Source: a virus. Taken from it: 64,000 bases of DNA. Position numbers and translations under genes: made by a program. The notes beneath the pieces are model-generated. The model was given only the letters and a program-made list of their open reading frames with translations, was not told the DNA's origin and did no database searches. The DNA lies in IMG/VR virus record IMGVR_UViG_3300016469_000277, positions 44,308 to 108,307 of that record, one strand, 5' to 3'. Positions 35,644 to 46,375 of this stretch are shown piece after piece (the first letter of the stretch is position 1; each line of letters starts with the position of its first letter).

Positions 35644-36018
35644 ATGTTCACTATAAAAACATACCTTAAAGAATCTCCAGGGAAAGGGCTGGGAATCTTT
35701 GCTAAAAAGTTTATACCAAAGGGCACAGTTATTTGGGAATTTCTAGAAGACTTTGATATTAAAGTTCACAAGGATAAAATCAAAGAACTTAATTTAGTTC
35801 AGAAAGATTTTATCTTTAAGTACTTTTGGCAAGAGGGGGATTATTATTATTCTTCTTGCGATCATTCTATTTTTCAAAATCACAGCTATGACCCTAACTC
35901 TGTTCCTCAAGGAGACTATATGATAGCTTCTAGAGATATTGAAGCAGACGAAGAAATAACAACTAACTATCAGCACTTTGACGACGGATTCGATGCCTAT
36001 AAAGATATTTTGTTTTAA
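35644..36018 (+). CDS. SET-domain protein (lysine methyltransferase fold)
   Basis: G.GIFA...I.KG, NHS.DPN, A.RDI...EEIT..Y. Confidence 0.9.
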   Translation: MFTIKTYLKESPGKGLGIFAKKFIPKGTVIWEFLEDFDIKVHKDKIKELNLVQKDFIFKYFWQEGDYYYSSCDHSIFQNHSYDPNSVPQGDYMIASRDIEADEEITTNYQHFDDGFDAYKDILF

Positions 36019-36072
36019 AAATTGACTTCCATTTGAGATTAGTTTATATTTGAATTTATATTTGAACTTATA

Positions 36073-36351
36073 ATGACATTTGAAGAATTCCTCATAGAAA
36101 AAAATATTCCCTTTAAAAAAGAAGGCGACGATATTTGGGTAGAAGATTCAGACCTTATGGGGCATCTTCAAGAAATTACCGAGAAGTTTCCCTTTGTAGC
36201 TTTTGATTTTATAGGAGAAGACGGAGAACTTGACCCTGACTTAGAAATAATCTTCAAAGAAGAATTCACAGAAGAAGATTGGGACGAGTACTGGGAAGAC
36301 GATCTTGAAGATTGGGAAGGTAATCTAGATATAGAAAAAGACGAAGAATAA
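36073..36351 (+). CDS. Highly acidic hypothetical protein
   Basis: ORF behind tandem TATATTTG boxes (36045-36052, 36057-36064). Confidence 0.6.
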   Translation: MTFEEFLIEKNIPFKKEGDDIWVEDSDLMGHLQEITEKFPFVAFDFIGEDGELDPDLEIIFKEEFTEEDWDEYWEDDLEDWEGNLDIEKDEE

Positions 36352-36563
36352 TGCATACCATTACAATTGACCTAGAAAAGAAAGAAGTAATCCTTGACGA
36401 CATGAATGCTCAAGAGATTAAAGAAATCTTAAACCTATTTTCTAACCTAAAAGAAGTTAAGCTAAGTGTTCGTTCTAAAAAGAAAGAACCCTACGTTACA
36501 ATAGAGTGTTCAGGAACTCAATACTCTAAGAATAGAGATTTAGAAAACAGGGTGCAAATTTAA
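36351..36563 (+). CDS. Hypothetical protein
   Basis: TAATG coupling. Confidence 0.55.
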   Translation: MHTITIDLEKKEVILDDMNAQEIKEILNLFSNLKEVKLSVRSKKKEPYVTIECSGTQYSKNRDLENRVQI

Positions 36564-36650
36564 AGTTAAGTTTAAAGGTAATAAATCCTAAAGTTTTCTA
36601 CAAAGCTTGAAAATGTCAAGATTTTTTCGTAGCTTTGCGGGACTTTATCT

Positions 36651-37172
36651 ATGAGATGTGTTTATAAATTATCCTTTACAGGATGTGATAAAGTTTATAT
36701 AGGGTCAACATTTAATTTAGAACGTAGAAAAACTTTTCACTTAAGAGATTTAAGGGTCAATAAACACAGTAATCAGTATCTTCAAGAGTGTTACAATACT
36801 TATGGAGAGGACTGTATAACTTTTGAAGTTCTTGAGGTTATAGACAATCTATCTACAGGTAAAACGTATCTCTTAACAAGAGAGAAACATTATTTAGACT
36901 CTTTTAACAAAGAATGTCTTTTAAACATTGATTTATTTATTATAAATCCTAAAAGATTTAATTTATCTCATAAAAACAATAAGTATAAACCTAAGCATAG
37001 TTTATCTTTTTTACTTTTAAAGAGAAGATTAAAATACAAAGAAGACTATTTAAAAGATATTTGTGTTTTAACAAAAGTTCCTTTAAGTGTTATACTGTCT
37101 ACAGTTAAAAAGCTAATTAACTCTAGACATCTTGAATATAATAACGGTGAATATACTGTGGTTCGGCAGTAA
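36651..37172 (+). CDS. GIY-YIG endonuclease
   Basis: CVYKL...VYIGST....R...H..L....H.N..LQ...E...N; promoter box TAGCTTTG at 36630-36637. Confidence 0.85.
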   Translation: MRCVYKLSFTGCDKVYIGSTFNLERRKTFHLRDLRVNKHSNQYLQECYNTYGEDCITFEVLEVIDNLSTGKTYLLTREKHYLDSFNKECLLNIDLFIINPKRFNLSHKNNKYKPKHSLSFLLLKRRLKYKEDYLKDICVLTKVPLSVILSTVKKLINSRHLEYNNGEYTVVRQ

Positions 37173-37592
37173 TTGTCAACAAATTACCCACAATTTAATG
37201 TTTTATAACTTTTAATGTTAGTTATTTACTATATTTGTTTTATGAAAACCATAAAACCAAAAAGAGTAACTGACTCAAACGAATTCTTACTACAGGGTAG
37301 TACAAAGTTGAAGGTAGGTTCTTGGAACTTAGCAGCTAAGGATTCTTTTTTGAGAAAAGAGTTTATGAAGGTTTTTAAAAAGAACCAAGACAACCAGGTA
37401 ATCTATCCATTGTTTGACTAATGTTGTCCAAGGAAGAAATTAATTTAAGGTTTAGTGAAGGCAATGTCTCTATCCAGGAAGGATTAGAAATCCTCAGAAG
37501 CTACATCTTCCTGCGCAAGAACCAAGACATTTCAGTTATACCTCCTAGAAATTCTATGGAGATGGGAATGTTTCAGTGGTTTCTTGAAATCA

Positions 37593-37835
37593 TTAAGAGG
37601 TGGAGTTCATAGGCCGAGAGTTGTCAATGGATCTCATAGGAGTTTTGCCCATGGTGTCCATGTACTCTTCAGCAAATTCTTCCACTGTTAAAGGCCACTT
37701 CTCATACTCTTCCATGAACCCTTTATATACCTTTTGTTTGAACTCGTCAGTGGCATCTATAAAGAGAAAACCATTTGCTTCAACGGCTTTTTGAAACTTC
37801 TTCCAAACTTGCCTCAAGGTAATCTTTCTGTTCAT
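37593..37835 (-). CDS. Hypothetical protein, counter-oriented within the right arm
   Basis: Plausible protein with a TATATTTG box on the minus strand at 37862-37869. Confidence 0.5.
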   Translation of the reverse strand: MNRKITLRQVWKKFQKAVEANGFLFIDATDEFKQKVYKGFMEEYEKWPLTVEEFAEEYMDTMGKTPMRSIDNSRPMNSTS

Positions 37836-37906
37836 GGCTATAGACTTAAAATGGAATACACCAAATATAATCAGAAATCAAAAATAATCAAGTAAAATAA
37901 TCATTT

Positions 37907-38293
37907 ATGGCAAAATTCACATACTTCAGAGCAGTTGATATTCCTATCTATAGAACTTACCTTTTTATAGCTGTAGGGCTAACAGACACTCAATTGGAAG
38001 AAAAACTAAACGACTATGTAGCAGACAAAGATTATATTGCTAATCTTGTTAAAGATTCTCACGTAGACTCAAGCTACCAAGCTATGACTGCTTTCTGTGA
38101 AGGCTACAATATAGTAAGATTTAACACCCTACCAGACGTTCAAGACATAAACATGATAGCCCATGAATCTTTTCATGTAACTTGTAGTATAATGAATCAT
38201 GTAGATGTTACCCTTTCAGACGACTCTGAAGAGGCATTTGCTTACTTATTAGGATTTATCGTAGAGCAGTTTGAACCCTTACTGGATAAGTAA
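37907..38293 (+). CDS. Putative HExxH zinc metallopeptidase-like protein
   Basis: IAHESFH...EEAFAY. Confidence 0.65.
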   Translation: MAKFTYFRAVDIPIYRTYLFIAVGLTDTQLEEKLNDYVADKDYIANLVKDSHVDSSYQAMTAFCEGYNIVRFNTLPDVQDINMIAHESFHVTCSIMNHVDVTLSDDSEEAFAYLLGFIVEQFEPLLDK

Positions 38294-38325
38294 CTAACTC
38301 TTTAAATTAATATCATTCTAAAAAT

Positions 38326-38358
38326 TAAAGCAAGTGTAAAAAATACTTGCTTTTTTTT
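38326..38358 (+). terminator. Intrinsic terminator overlapping the next promoter (TTG-N19-TATATTTG, 38347-38376)
   Basis: AAAGCAAGT/ACTTGCTTT hairpin plus T tract. Confidence 0.6.
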
Positions 38359-38411
38359 ATTTTAAGATTATATTTGTACTAAAACCAACTTAAAACCAAT
38401 TAAAAACCAAT

Positions 38412-38768
38412 ATGAAGAACTTAAGAATTGTAAGAAATTACACAGACGATATAAGCTATTACGAAGGTTATATTGCTGTAATTCTAGCATTTGCAAGTAT
38501 TAAAATGACTCAACTTCATATTAGCATACTTGCACATGCAGCGTTATTTGACAGACTAGACAAAGAAGTAAAACTAAAGATAGCTGAAAGAAACAACACT
38601 AATGAACAAGTCGTAGCTAATGGAATTTCTAAACTAAGAAAGCTCAAACATCTTGAAGGCAGTAAGGTTACTCCTAAACTTACCCCTCCTAAAGACCTTC
38701 CTATAGCTTTAACTCTAATCATGAATGTTAATCAAGAAGCAAACAGAACCAGATCGCAGGAAGCCTGA
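38412..38768 (+). CDS. Putative winged-HTH protein
   Basis: IA.......VV.N.ISKLRK pattern. Confidence 0.5.
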   Translation: MKNLRIVRNYTDDISYYEGYIAVILAFASIKMTQLHISILAHAALFDRLDKEVKLKIAERNNTNEQVVANGISKLRKLKHLEGSKVTPKLTPPKDLPIALTLIMNVNQEANRTRSQEA

Positions 38769-39444
38769 GTTAAAAGTATTTAGTTTTTACTCTAAAGTCG
38801 CCAAGGAGCTAGGAATTAATATAGCAGACGTAGACAAAATCTACTCTGACTATATAGACCAACTGATAGAAATACTTCCTTCTTCCAACAAGATAGTTGT
38901 TACTAACTTAGGCGAATTTAAAGTAAATCCTAGAAAACTTAGGGTAACGTTCTTTAAAAGAATTATCTATATGTGTGACTTACTTTTGGATCCAGATTAT
39001 CCTAAAAGGCAAGAAAGAACAGAAAACACTCTTGAGATATTAAAAGTCACCCTAGAAAAAATGATAAAAGACTTTGAAGCTTGCGTAATCTGCAATAAAA
39101 AAGAACACGTAAGTTATATGTGCGTAAGAAACGTAGTAGGCAACATCTATTTTAATATAGACAGAATAGCCCATCTAACCGACGAAACAGCGCAACTTGC
39201 TATCTCCACACTCAAAGAAATGTATGAAACCTACGCACCTAGAATTATAAAAAAAGCAGACGAACTAGGTTCTGTAGAGTTTGGCCAAAAATACAAAGAG
39301 TTTATTTTAAAAATAAGACCAGACCTAGAAGAAAGGTGGGGTAAAGGAAGTGACTCTAAGATTAAATTAACTAGCAAATATCTTTCAATAGATGAACTAG
39401 AACAAATCTACATTCCTCAATACGACATAAGATACTATCTATAA
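38725..39444 (+). CDS. Protein with HU/IHF-like N-terminus
   Basis: VAKELGI...DV..I...I.V.NLGEFKV. Confidence 0.45.
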   Translation: MLIKKQTEPDRRKPELKVFSFYSKVAKELGINIADVDKIYSDYIDQLIEILPSSNKIVVTNLGEFKVNPRKLRVTFFKRIIYMCDLLLDPDYPKRQERTENTLEILKVTLEKMIKDFEACVICNKKEHVSYMCVRNVVGNIYFNIDRIAHLTDETAQLAISTLKEMYETYAPRIIKKADELGSVEFGQKYKEFILKIRPDLEERWGKGSDSKIKLTSKYLSIDELEQIYIPQYDIRYYL

Positions 39445-39455
39445 AAACCAAATAT

Positions 39456-39824
39456 ATGAACTACAAAGAATTTTTCTCACTGGCCGGTAAAGGAATTCAA
39501 AACTTTGACAAGATTGCCGAAGGTGTTTGGAACGAAATAGCTCACAAGACTCTAAGTTCTAAACAAAAAGAAGAAATAACAAAACGTACAGAAATATGTG
39601 CAAATTGTCCTTTCAATTCGGAAAATTCCCGATTATCTGATGAATATTTTACATTATATGGGGAAAATTACAAAACATCTAGAAAGGATCCTCACTGTGC
39701 TCTTTGCGGTTGTGTTCTTAAATTTAAAGTTGCTTCTCTTTCGTCTAATTGTGGCATTGAGATACATAACCAAAGACACCCAGATAAAAAACAAATTCTT
39801 AAATGGACAGCATTTAAGGGCTAA
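39456..39824 (+). CDS. Cys-rich zinc-binding protein
   Basis: R..IC..CP...C..CGC.L..K.....S.C. Confidence 0.65.
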   Translation: MNYKEFFSLAGKGIQNFDKIAEGVWNEIAHKTLSSKQKEEITKRTEICANCPFNSENSRLSDEYFTLYGENYKTSRKDPHCALCGCVLKFKVASLSSNCGIEIHNQRHPDKKQILKWTAFKG

Positions 39825-40206
39825 AACAAATAAAGAAATGAAATATACAAGTTCTCACAAAACAAAATACACCATAACAAATGGTTGTGGTGGTAAAAAA
39901 GGAACCAAGTGTGGAGTAGAAGTCTACATTATGCCTTACGCAGTTGCTAAACCTGTAGCTCCAGGTAGAGTAGCTGACAACAATCTGGAACCTAAAGGAA
40001 AGTAATATGAACAAAAAACCAAATCCTAATACTTTCCAAGATGACCTATTTGAAATCTTTCAATTGTTGTGGAAAGGCGGATACGCTTACAGACACAACA
40101 AAGAAAAGAACGGACATCTGTTTTACACAAACATGATAGAAGATTTGATGGTTCTTCCTAAAGAAGAATTTATTGCCAAGTATAAATTTTACGAGAACTA
40201 ATAACC

Positions 40207-40521
40207 ATGGCAAAGAAAGAAATATACACCTCCGCAGAACTTGAGTGGTGCGAACAAAAACTTCTTGAATGGAAAGAATACATTGACCAAAATCCTATAT
40301 CTGGACTTCAAGACCGTATTTCCTATAAGACTACTGCAAATGGGGGATCTATTCCTATGGTTGTTTCTTCGGTTGAAGCTCAAATCAAATCTCTAAGAGA
40401 TACTATGAAAGAGTATCTTGTAATGCTCCAGCAAGTAGAGGCTATGAGAGAAAAAGAAGCTCAAAGGGCTCAAGCTCGTGGTAGCGCAGAGATTAACGGA
40501 ATGATGACTGATTATCAATAA
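40207..40521 (+). CDS. Protein coupled to TerL (terminase small subunit candidate)
   Basis: TAATG overlap with TerL; helical. Confidence 0.5.
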   Translation: MAKKEIYTSAELEWCEQKLLEWKEYIDQNPISGLQDRISYKTTANGGSIPMVVSSVEAQIKSLRDTMKEYLVMLQQVEAMREKEAQRAQARGSAEINGMMTDYQ

Positions 40522-42533
40522 TGAACTTACAATCGCCAGAATTACTAATTAACATGAAGTCTCTGCCTGATAAAGATTCAGCAGAGTATAAGTCTTTTTG
40601 GCAAAATGAAGTTAAAAAAATAAGAGAAGGAATAACAATCAATGGGTTCGAATTTTCCCCTTTTTTGTATTGGCATCTTAATCTATGGAGCATTTATGTT
40701 GATATTCTGGTTAATGGCCGAGTACTACGAAGATTAGATCGCCCTCAGTTTTGGGATAGTTTTATCTTAATTGACGAAACTATTAACAAGGCTGAAAATC
40801 ATCCAGACGGAAAAAAGGGAGTAGCTATTGTAGGCTCTCGTCGTCTTTCTAAGTCGGTAATCATTACTTCGAGAGTAGCACACCAAGCAGTAGCTTACCA
40901 GAATACCGAATGCTTAGTTTCAGGAGGTAATCAACCTGACATCAAGAACTTAACTGATTATCTAGACTTAGGACTTAGGAATCTTCCTGAGTACTTAAGA
41001 TTTTCTCGTGTAGAAGATGACTGGAAAAAGTGTGTTACTTTTGGATTTAAAGAAAAATCCACCAATAAACGCCACGAGTGGTCTAAGATTCATATAAGAA
41101 ACTTTGACGACGGAAATAATACAGAAGCAGCAGCAGGTCTTACTCTTTCAGGATTTCTTCTAGACGAAGGAGGTAAGTTTCCTTTTCTTTCGGCTTTAGC
41201 AGCGACTACTCCCTGTTTTGATTCACCTTACGGTTGGAGATGTTCTCCAATTATTACCGCTACCGGAGGTGATATGAAAAAAGCAGGAGATATGCAGGAA
41301 CTATTTAATAATCCAGAAGCTTATAACTTTCTCTCCGTTTCTGCTAAAGAGGATGGCACCTCTATTTCCTTATTTATACCGGGTACACAGTCGTTAAAGA
41401 TTCCTCGTGAACCCAAACTACTCTCACACTATTTAGACGTTTCAGAAGGCTCCGAATTAGACAATATGACTATTTGGGTAGCTGATGAGGAAAAAGGAAA
41501 AGAACTTATCTTAAAAGGCAGAGAACAAACTAGAAAATCTTCTGGTATGGAAGCTTACCTTAAAGAGGTAATGTACTATCCTTTGACTCCTGAAGAATGC
41601 TTTCTAGACGCTTCTGAGAATATTTTCCCTGTAGACTTACTTCAAGAACAACTTAATTTTCTTGAGTCAGGAGGTTATATCAAGGATGTAGATTACGTAG
41701 AACTTTACCGAGATATAAACGGAGTAGTTAAACACAAACCTACCGATCATAAACCAGTAAACAGTTACCCAGCTAAACCTTCAGAAGATAACTCAGGGGT
41801 AGTTCAGATATTTGAGTTTCCTATGGCAGATGCTCCTTATGGACTTTATACAGCAGGAACGGACCCATATAAACAATCACAAGCTCACTATTCTACTTCT
41901 TTGGGGGCTACTTACATATTTAAAAGAATCCACAACCTAACAGGGGAAAGATTTCAAAATATGCCAGTAGCTTGTTATGTAGGAAGACCAAAGAAAATCC
42001 AAACCTGGTACGAGGAGACTCGCAAACTTTTAGATTTTTACAACGCTAAAACTCTTTGCGAAAACATGGATATGGGGTTCATTGACCATTGTATTGAAAA
42101 GAAAGACCCTGACAAATACTTAGAAAGAACCCCTTCTATCTTAAGAGAAGAAATCCACGCAAACACTAGGGTAAATCGTACTTACGGAATCCATACCTCT
42201 ACAGGAATTAAAGATTATATCAATTCTTTAATTATAGAATACCTCCAAGAGACTATTGAAGTTAAAACTGACGAGGAAGGAAACCACAAACAAGTTCTAG
42301 GAGTATCTCGTATTTTAGACCCAATGCTAATTAAAGAACTACTCAAGTATACTCCAAGATCCAACGCTGACCGAAAAGATGCATTTGGTTACTCACTCTT
42401 AATGGCTAAGAATCTTAACCGGAGTGTAATTGTCTCCGATAGAGTAGACAACCGCTACGAATCTTATAAAAACATTGCAAAGAAAAGAAAAACTTTATTT
42501 TCCTCTTCAGGAAATCCCTTTAGATCTTATTAA
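40521..42533 (+). CDS. terL: Terminase large subunit
   Basis: SRRLSKS Walker A-like, LLDEGGK Walker B, TATGG, nuclease AGTDPY, N.DR.DA; directly upstream of the portal. Confidence 0.9.
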   Translation: MNLQSPELLINMKSLPDKDSAEYKSFWQNEVKKIREGITINGFEFSPFLYWHLNLWSIYVDILVNGRVLRRLDRPQFWDSFILIDETINKAENHPDGKKGVAIVGSRRLSKSVIITSRVAHQAVAYQNTECLVSGGNQPDIKNLTDYLDLGLRNLPEYLRFSRVEDDWKKCVTFGFKEKSTNKRHEWSKIHIRNFDDGNNTEAAAGLTLSGFLLDEGGKFPFLSALAATTPCFDSPYGWRCSPIITATGGDMKKAGDMQELFNNPEAYNFLSVSAKEDGTSISLFIPGTQSLKIPREPKLLSHYLDVSEGSELDNMTIWVADEEKGKELILKGREQTRKSSGMEAYLKEVMYYPLTPEECFLDASENIFPVDLLQEQLNFLESGGYIKDVDYVELYRDINGVVKHKPTDHKPVNSYPAKPSEDNSGVVQIFEFPMADAPYGLYTAGTDPYKQSQAHYSTSLGATYIFKRIHNLTGERFQNMPVACYVGRPKKIQTWYEETRKLLDFYNAKTLCENMDMGFIDHCIEKKDPDKYLERTPSILREEIHANTRVNRTYGIHTSTGIKDYINSLIIEYLQETIEVKTDEEGNHKQVLGVSRILDPMLIKELLKYTPRSNADRKDAFGYSLLMAKNLNRSVIVSDRVDNRYESYKNIAKKRKTLFSSSGNPFRSY

Positions 42534-42544
42534 AATAAAATAAA

Positions 42545-44998
42545 ATGATAATAGAAGCATACCTCAATCTACAAAAGAATACAACTGACCTTTATGGTTA
42601 TCCAGACCAGTTCACTACCATGAAGGAAAAGGAGACAGGAGATTGGATTAAAAAGAACCTAGACTATTTTGCTGGTGTAGCGTATTCTAAGTATCGTCAA
42701 AATGAGGCATTCCGCAAAAACTATAAATTGTTAAACGGAGAGTTTGACTTTGCGGATTATTTTGTTATTCCTGAAACTAAGATGATTTTAGATTATCTTA
42801 AAGATGTTCCAGACCAAGAACAAGATATTCCCAAACATCTCAAACATTATCCTATTCTTAATCCTCCGATTAATACTCTTTTGGGCGAACTTACAAAGAG
42901 GCCTCATAAGTACGCAGCTAAAGCTGTAGATGATATATCTATGGAGGAAAATATTGATTTCAGAACTAACTTGATTAAAGAGTTTGTAATTAATCAACTT
43001 AGAATGAAAACTCAAGGTATGCCCCCCGAACAACAAGAAGAAGTAATAGCTAAAGAAATCCAAAGCAAAGTTATGAATTACACAACTATTGCTGAGGAAT
43101 GGGCCAATAAAGTACTAGGGGCTTTAAAGCATCATTTTGATTTTCGTCATAAGTCGTTCATGGCGTTTCGGGATTTACTAGTTACAGGAAGAGAATACCA
43201 TCACTTTTACCCTGATAACTCTCGTTTAGGTTTTACTTATCGTGTAGAAAACCCAGCTAATGTATGGACTCTCAATTACAGAAACGCAATTACTACTAAA
43301 GATTGTTGGGCTGGAGGTACTCTTGAAGTGCTTACTTTTGCTGAGATTATCAATCGTTATAAGTTAACCGACGAAGAAATGGAACACTTGAAGACTTACT
43401 CTCTTCAAGGTCTTCGTAATAACGAATACTCTGCTTTTTCCCCTGCTATGCCAAATCCTAACTACGATCCTATTTGGCAGTTAACTTTTGAATCAGCAGA
43501 TCTTTCTATTGACGGAATTACTCCTAATGCTTATGCTTTCTCAAATCAGTTTAGTTATACAGTAGTAACTGCTTACTGGGAAAGCCAAAGACCTGTTTAT
43601 AAAAGAACTTATGTAGACCAGTCAGGTTACGAGCAAACTGATTTTGTAAACGAACAATACAAACTATGTAAAGACTGTGGAGATGTTTCTCTTGAAAAGA
43701 CTTGGGAGAATATCTGGATGAAAGGAATTAAAATAGGAGCTAACATTTATTTCTGTGAACCACTAGAGTATGTAAGCTGTATGCCTATTGTGGGAATTGT
43801 GAATACTTTCAGAAATACCCAGGGTAAATCACTTCTTTCTATGATGAAGCCCTACCAAGTTCTTTATAATATCTGTTTGAATCAGTTGTGGGAGGCACTT
43901 GAAAAAGATTTAGGGGTACAGGCAATCATTGATATGAAAGTAATCCCCAACAATGATGATGCAGATGCTATTGACCAATTTAAAACTGTAGCAAAAGAAA
44001 CTGGTTTCCTAGTAATTGACACTTCTGTTGAGAATACAGGAGGCCCTGTTCAGTTTAACCAAATGACTAGAACAGACCTAAGCCAACAGACTTATATTAG
44101 TTCTCGTATTCAATTAGCTGAATGGGCTAGAAACCAAGCTTGGGAACTTGTAGGTATAACACGTCAACGTACTGGGTCTGTACTTGCTACAGAAACCGCA
44201 ACAGGGACTCAAACAGCTATGGCGCAGTCTTTTGCTCAAACAGAACCATGGTTTCATTTTCATGATGTAATTCTTAAAGATGTGTATCAAATGATTCTAG
44301 ATATAACTCAGTATATAGAATTACAAAAACCAGATTCTACTCTAAATTATCTTAACAACGAACTTGAGTCTGTTTTTTTAAGAGTCACTAGAGATGAGTT
44401 ACTTAGAGATCTTCAAGTTTATGTAACTTCTTACGCAGAAGATAGAGATACAATTGAAAAGCTTCGTTCTCTTATGCAACCTGCTATGCAGAATGGTGCA
44501 GACTTAGCTGATATAGCAGATATGTTAACTGCTGAATCTGAAAGGGGTCTTCGTGAAATTTTACAAAAAGTTCAACAAAGAAACCAACAAGCCAGAGAAC
44601 AACAACAACAACTTGAACAACAAAAGCTTCAACAAGCTCAAGAGCAATTCCAAGCCAATCTACAAGCACAACAAGAAAAAGAGGTGAGAGAGATGCAGAA
44701 TGAAAACATGAACAAACAGCTTGATAGGGAAAATCGTCTCCAAATAGAAGAACTAAGAGGTATAGCAGCAGAAGGAAGTTACTCTCCTACTACGGATACT
44801 ACAGAGCTTTTAACTGAACAAACTAAGGCTGCAATGGAACGATCTAAGCTTGAATTTGAAAAACTTGTTAAACAAAGAGAACTTGCTCAAAACGACAGAA
44901 AACTAAACATAGAAGAAAAGAAAGCGCAAGATGCTTTGGATATAGCCAAACTTAGAGATAAAGGCACTTTGAACCCAAAGCCAAAAAATAAGAAGTAA
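42545..44998 (+). CDS. Portal protein (crAss-type)
   Basis: 817 aa, follows TerL; HYPI..P.I..L.GE, ELVGITRQR.G, C-terminal Q-rich coiled coil. Confidence 0.85.
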   Translation: MIIEAYLNLQKNTTDLYGYPDQFTTMKEKETGDWIKKNLDYFAGVAYSKYRQNEAFRKNYKLLNGEFDFADYFVIPETKMILDYLKDVPDQEQDIPKHLKHYPILNPPINTLLGELTKRPHKYAAKAVDDISMEENIDFRTNLIKEFVINQLRMKTQGMPPEQQEEVIAKEIQSKVMNYTTIAEEWANKVLGALKHHFDFRHKSFMAFRDLLVTGREYHHFYPDNSRLGFTYRVENPANVWTLNYRNAITTKDCWAGGTLEVLTFAEIINRYKLTDEEMEHLKTYSLQGLRNNEYSAFSPAMPNPNYDPIWQLTFESADLSIDGITPNAYAFSNQFSYTVVTAYWESQRPVYKRTYVDQSGYEQTDFVNEQYKLCKDCGDVSLEKTWENIWMKGIKIGANIYFCEPLEYVSCMPIVGIVNTFRNTQGKSLLSMMKPYQVLYNICLNQLWEALEKDLGVQAIIDMKVIPNNDDADAIDQFKTVAKETGFLVIDTSVENTGGPVQFNQMTRTDLSQQTYISSRIQLAEWARNQAWELVGITRQRTGSVLATETATGTQTAMAQSFAQTEPWFHFHDVILKDVYQMILDITQYIELQKPDSTLNYLNNELESVFLRVTRDELLRDLQVYVTSYAEDRDTIEKLRSLMQPAMQNGADLADIADMLTAESERGLREILQKVQQRNQQAREQQQQLEQQKLQQAQEQFQANLQAQQEKEVREMQNENMNKQLDRENRLQIEELRGIAAEGSYSPTTDTTELLTEQTKAAMERSKLEFEKLVKQRELAQNDRKLNIEEKKAQDALDIAKLRDKGTLNPKPKNKK

Positions 44999-45034
44999 TT
45001 TTTAGCCACGTAAGAGGGGGTACATTATAACTTC

Positions 45035-45064
45035 TTGTGTTATTTTTTTAAAAATATATCTTTG
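45035..45064 (+). promoter_or_regulatory. Bacteroidota sigma70 promoter TTG-N19-TATCTTTG for the capsid genes
   Basis: Consensus match. Confidence 0.75.
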
Positions 45065-45103
45065 ACGTAATCTTAAGTTAGATTAAAACCAAACAAAACC
45101 AAT

Positions 45104-46327
45104 ATGCCAGATAATAACTTAGATTTCCTCGATTATCTTAACGATGATGGGGAGGTAAACTTAGATCAAATTAACGGATTTCTCGATAAAGTCCAAAAAG
45201 TAGACGAAGTTGAGGATACCGAAGATCCCAATCAGGGTTCTGATTACGAAGAAACCGAGGAAGAAGATGACAACTTTGAACTCGAAGAAAACGAAGACGA
45301 GGAACCTTATATTGATGGGTTAGAGTTCTTAAACCAGAAAAGAAAACCAGCAGAGCCTGTAGACGAAGAAGAAGAGGAAGACGACAACGAAGAATCTGAT
45401 GAGGATGAAGATGATGAAGACTCAGAAGAAACCGATGAAGAAAACCCCTTTGCAATCTTTGCTAAAGGCTTAGCTCAAGTTGGAAGACTTGTTCTGGATG
45501 ACGACGAAGACCCTGAAAAAATAAATTGGGACGAAGAAACGTTCATTGAAAAGTTTGACGAAACAGTAGACAACTCTGCTTGGAGTCGCTTGGAAGAACT
45601 AGCTACAGAAGCTATGGGAGAAGAAGGTGTTCGAGTAATTGAAGACCTTTTCATTAACAAAGTCCCCGTACACGAGTACTTAGCTAGTTTCCAACAACAA
45701 CAAAGTTTTGAGAATGTAGACCTTTCTAACGAGAGAAACCAAGCACAGCTTGTAAGCTATTACTTAAGAACTGTAGTTGGAGAGACTGATGAAGAAGAAA
45801 TCATGGATCAGATTCAGTACATGAAAAACAACGACACTCTTGAAAAGAAAGCAAATAACTTCCAACAGAAACTTATAGCCCATGAGTCTCGTGCAAGAGA
45901 AGCAATGGCTGCAGAGGCTCAAGCTCGTCAACAACAAATGGAAGCATTTGAACAGGAAAGAATCCAAATGTACTCTGAAATTGCTGAAGAAGCAGTAAAA
46001 GCAGGAGAACTTAATGGGCTTCCTTTCAATAACAAAGATTACGAAAAAGTTTTAAATGCAGCTTTAAGTAAAGAATACGTTCTTCCAAATGGACAAAAGA
46101 TTACTCCATTTGAATATAAGTTAGCAACTCTTCGCAAAGATGACCCTGCTAAATATCTTCAAATAGTAAAACTTGTCGAAGATGGTGTAGATCTTACCCC
46201 GGTAATGAATAGAGGAGTAACCAAGAAGACTAATGAGATTTTCAAAGGACTTCAAAATAAAACTAAAACTCCTACTAAACCTCGTAAGAATCAAAACGTC
46301 TTCTCTAAATACATGAAACAAGGGTAA
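45104..46327 (+). CDS. Acidic scaffold-like protein upstream of the MCP
   Basis: D/E-rich N-terminus, coiled coil, crAss synteny. Confidence 0.65.
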   Translation: MPDNNLDFLDYLNDDGEVNLDQINGFLDKVQKVDEVEDTEDPNQGSDYEETEEEDDNFELEENEDEEPYIDGLEFLNQKRKPAEPVDEEEEEDDNEESDEDEDDEDSEETDEENPFAIFAKGLAQVGRLVLDDDEDPEKINWDEETFIEKFDETVDNSAWSRLEELATEAMGEEGVRVIEDLFINKVPVHEYLASFQQQQSFENVDLSNERNQAQLVSYYLRTVVGETDEEEIMDQIQYMKNNDTLEKKANNFQQKLIAHESRAREAMAAEAQARQQQMEAFEQERIQMYSEIAEEAVKAGELNGLPFNNKDYEKVLNAALSKEYVLPNGQKITPFEYKLATLRKDDPAKYLQIVKLVEDGVDLTPVMNRGVTKKTNEIFKGLQNKTKTPTKPRKNQNVFSKYMKQG

Positions 46328-46375
46328 CACCTAACTATAAATAAAACAGTCTAACCACAATTATAATCTAGAATT

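Noticed and set aside
40521-42533. Intein or intron in TerL or the helicases
   Set aside because: Lengths and motif spacing are ordinary, and no intein terminal motifs were seen.
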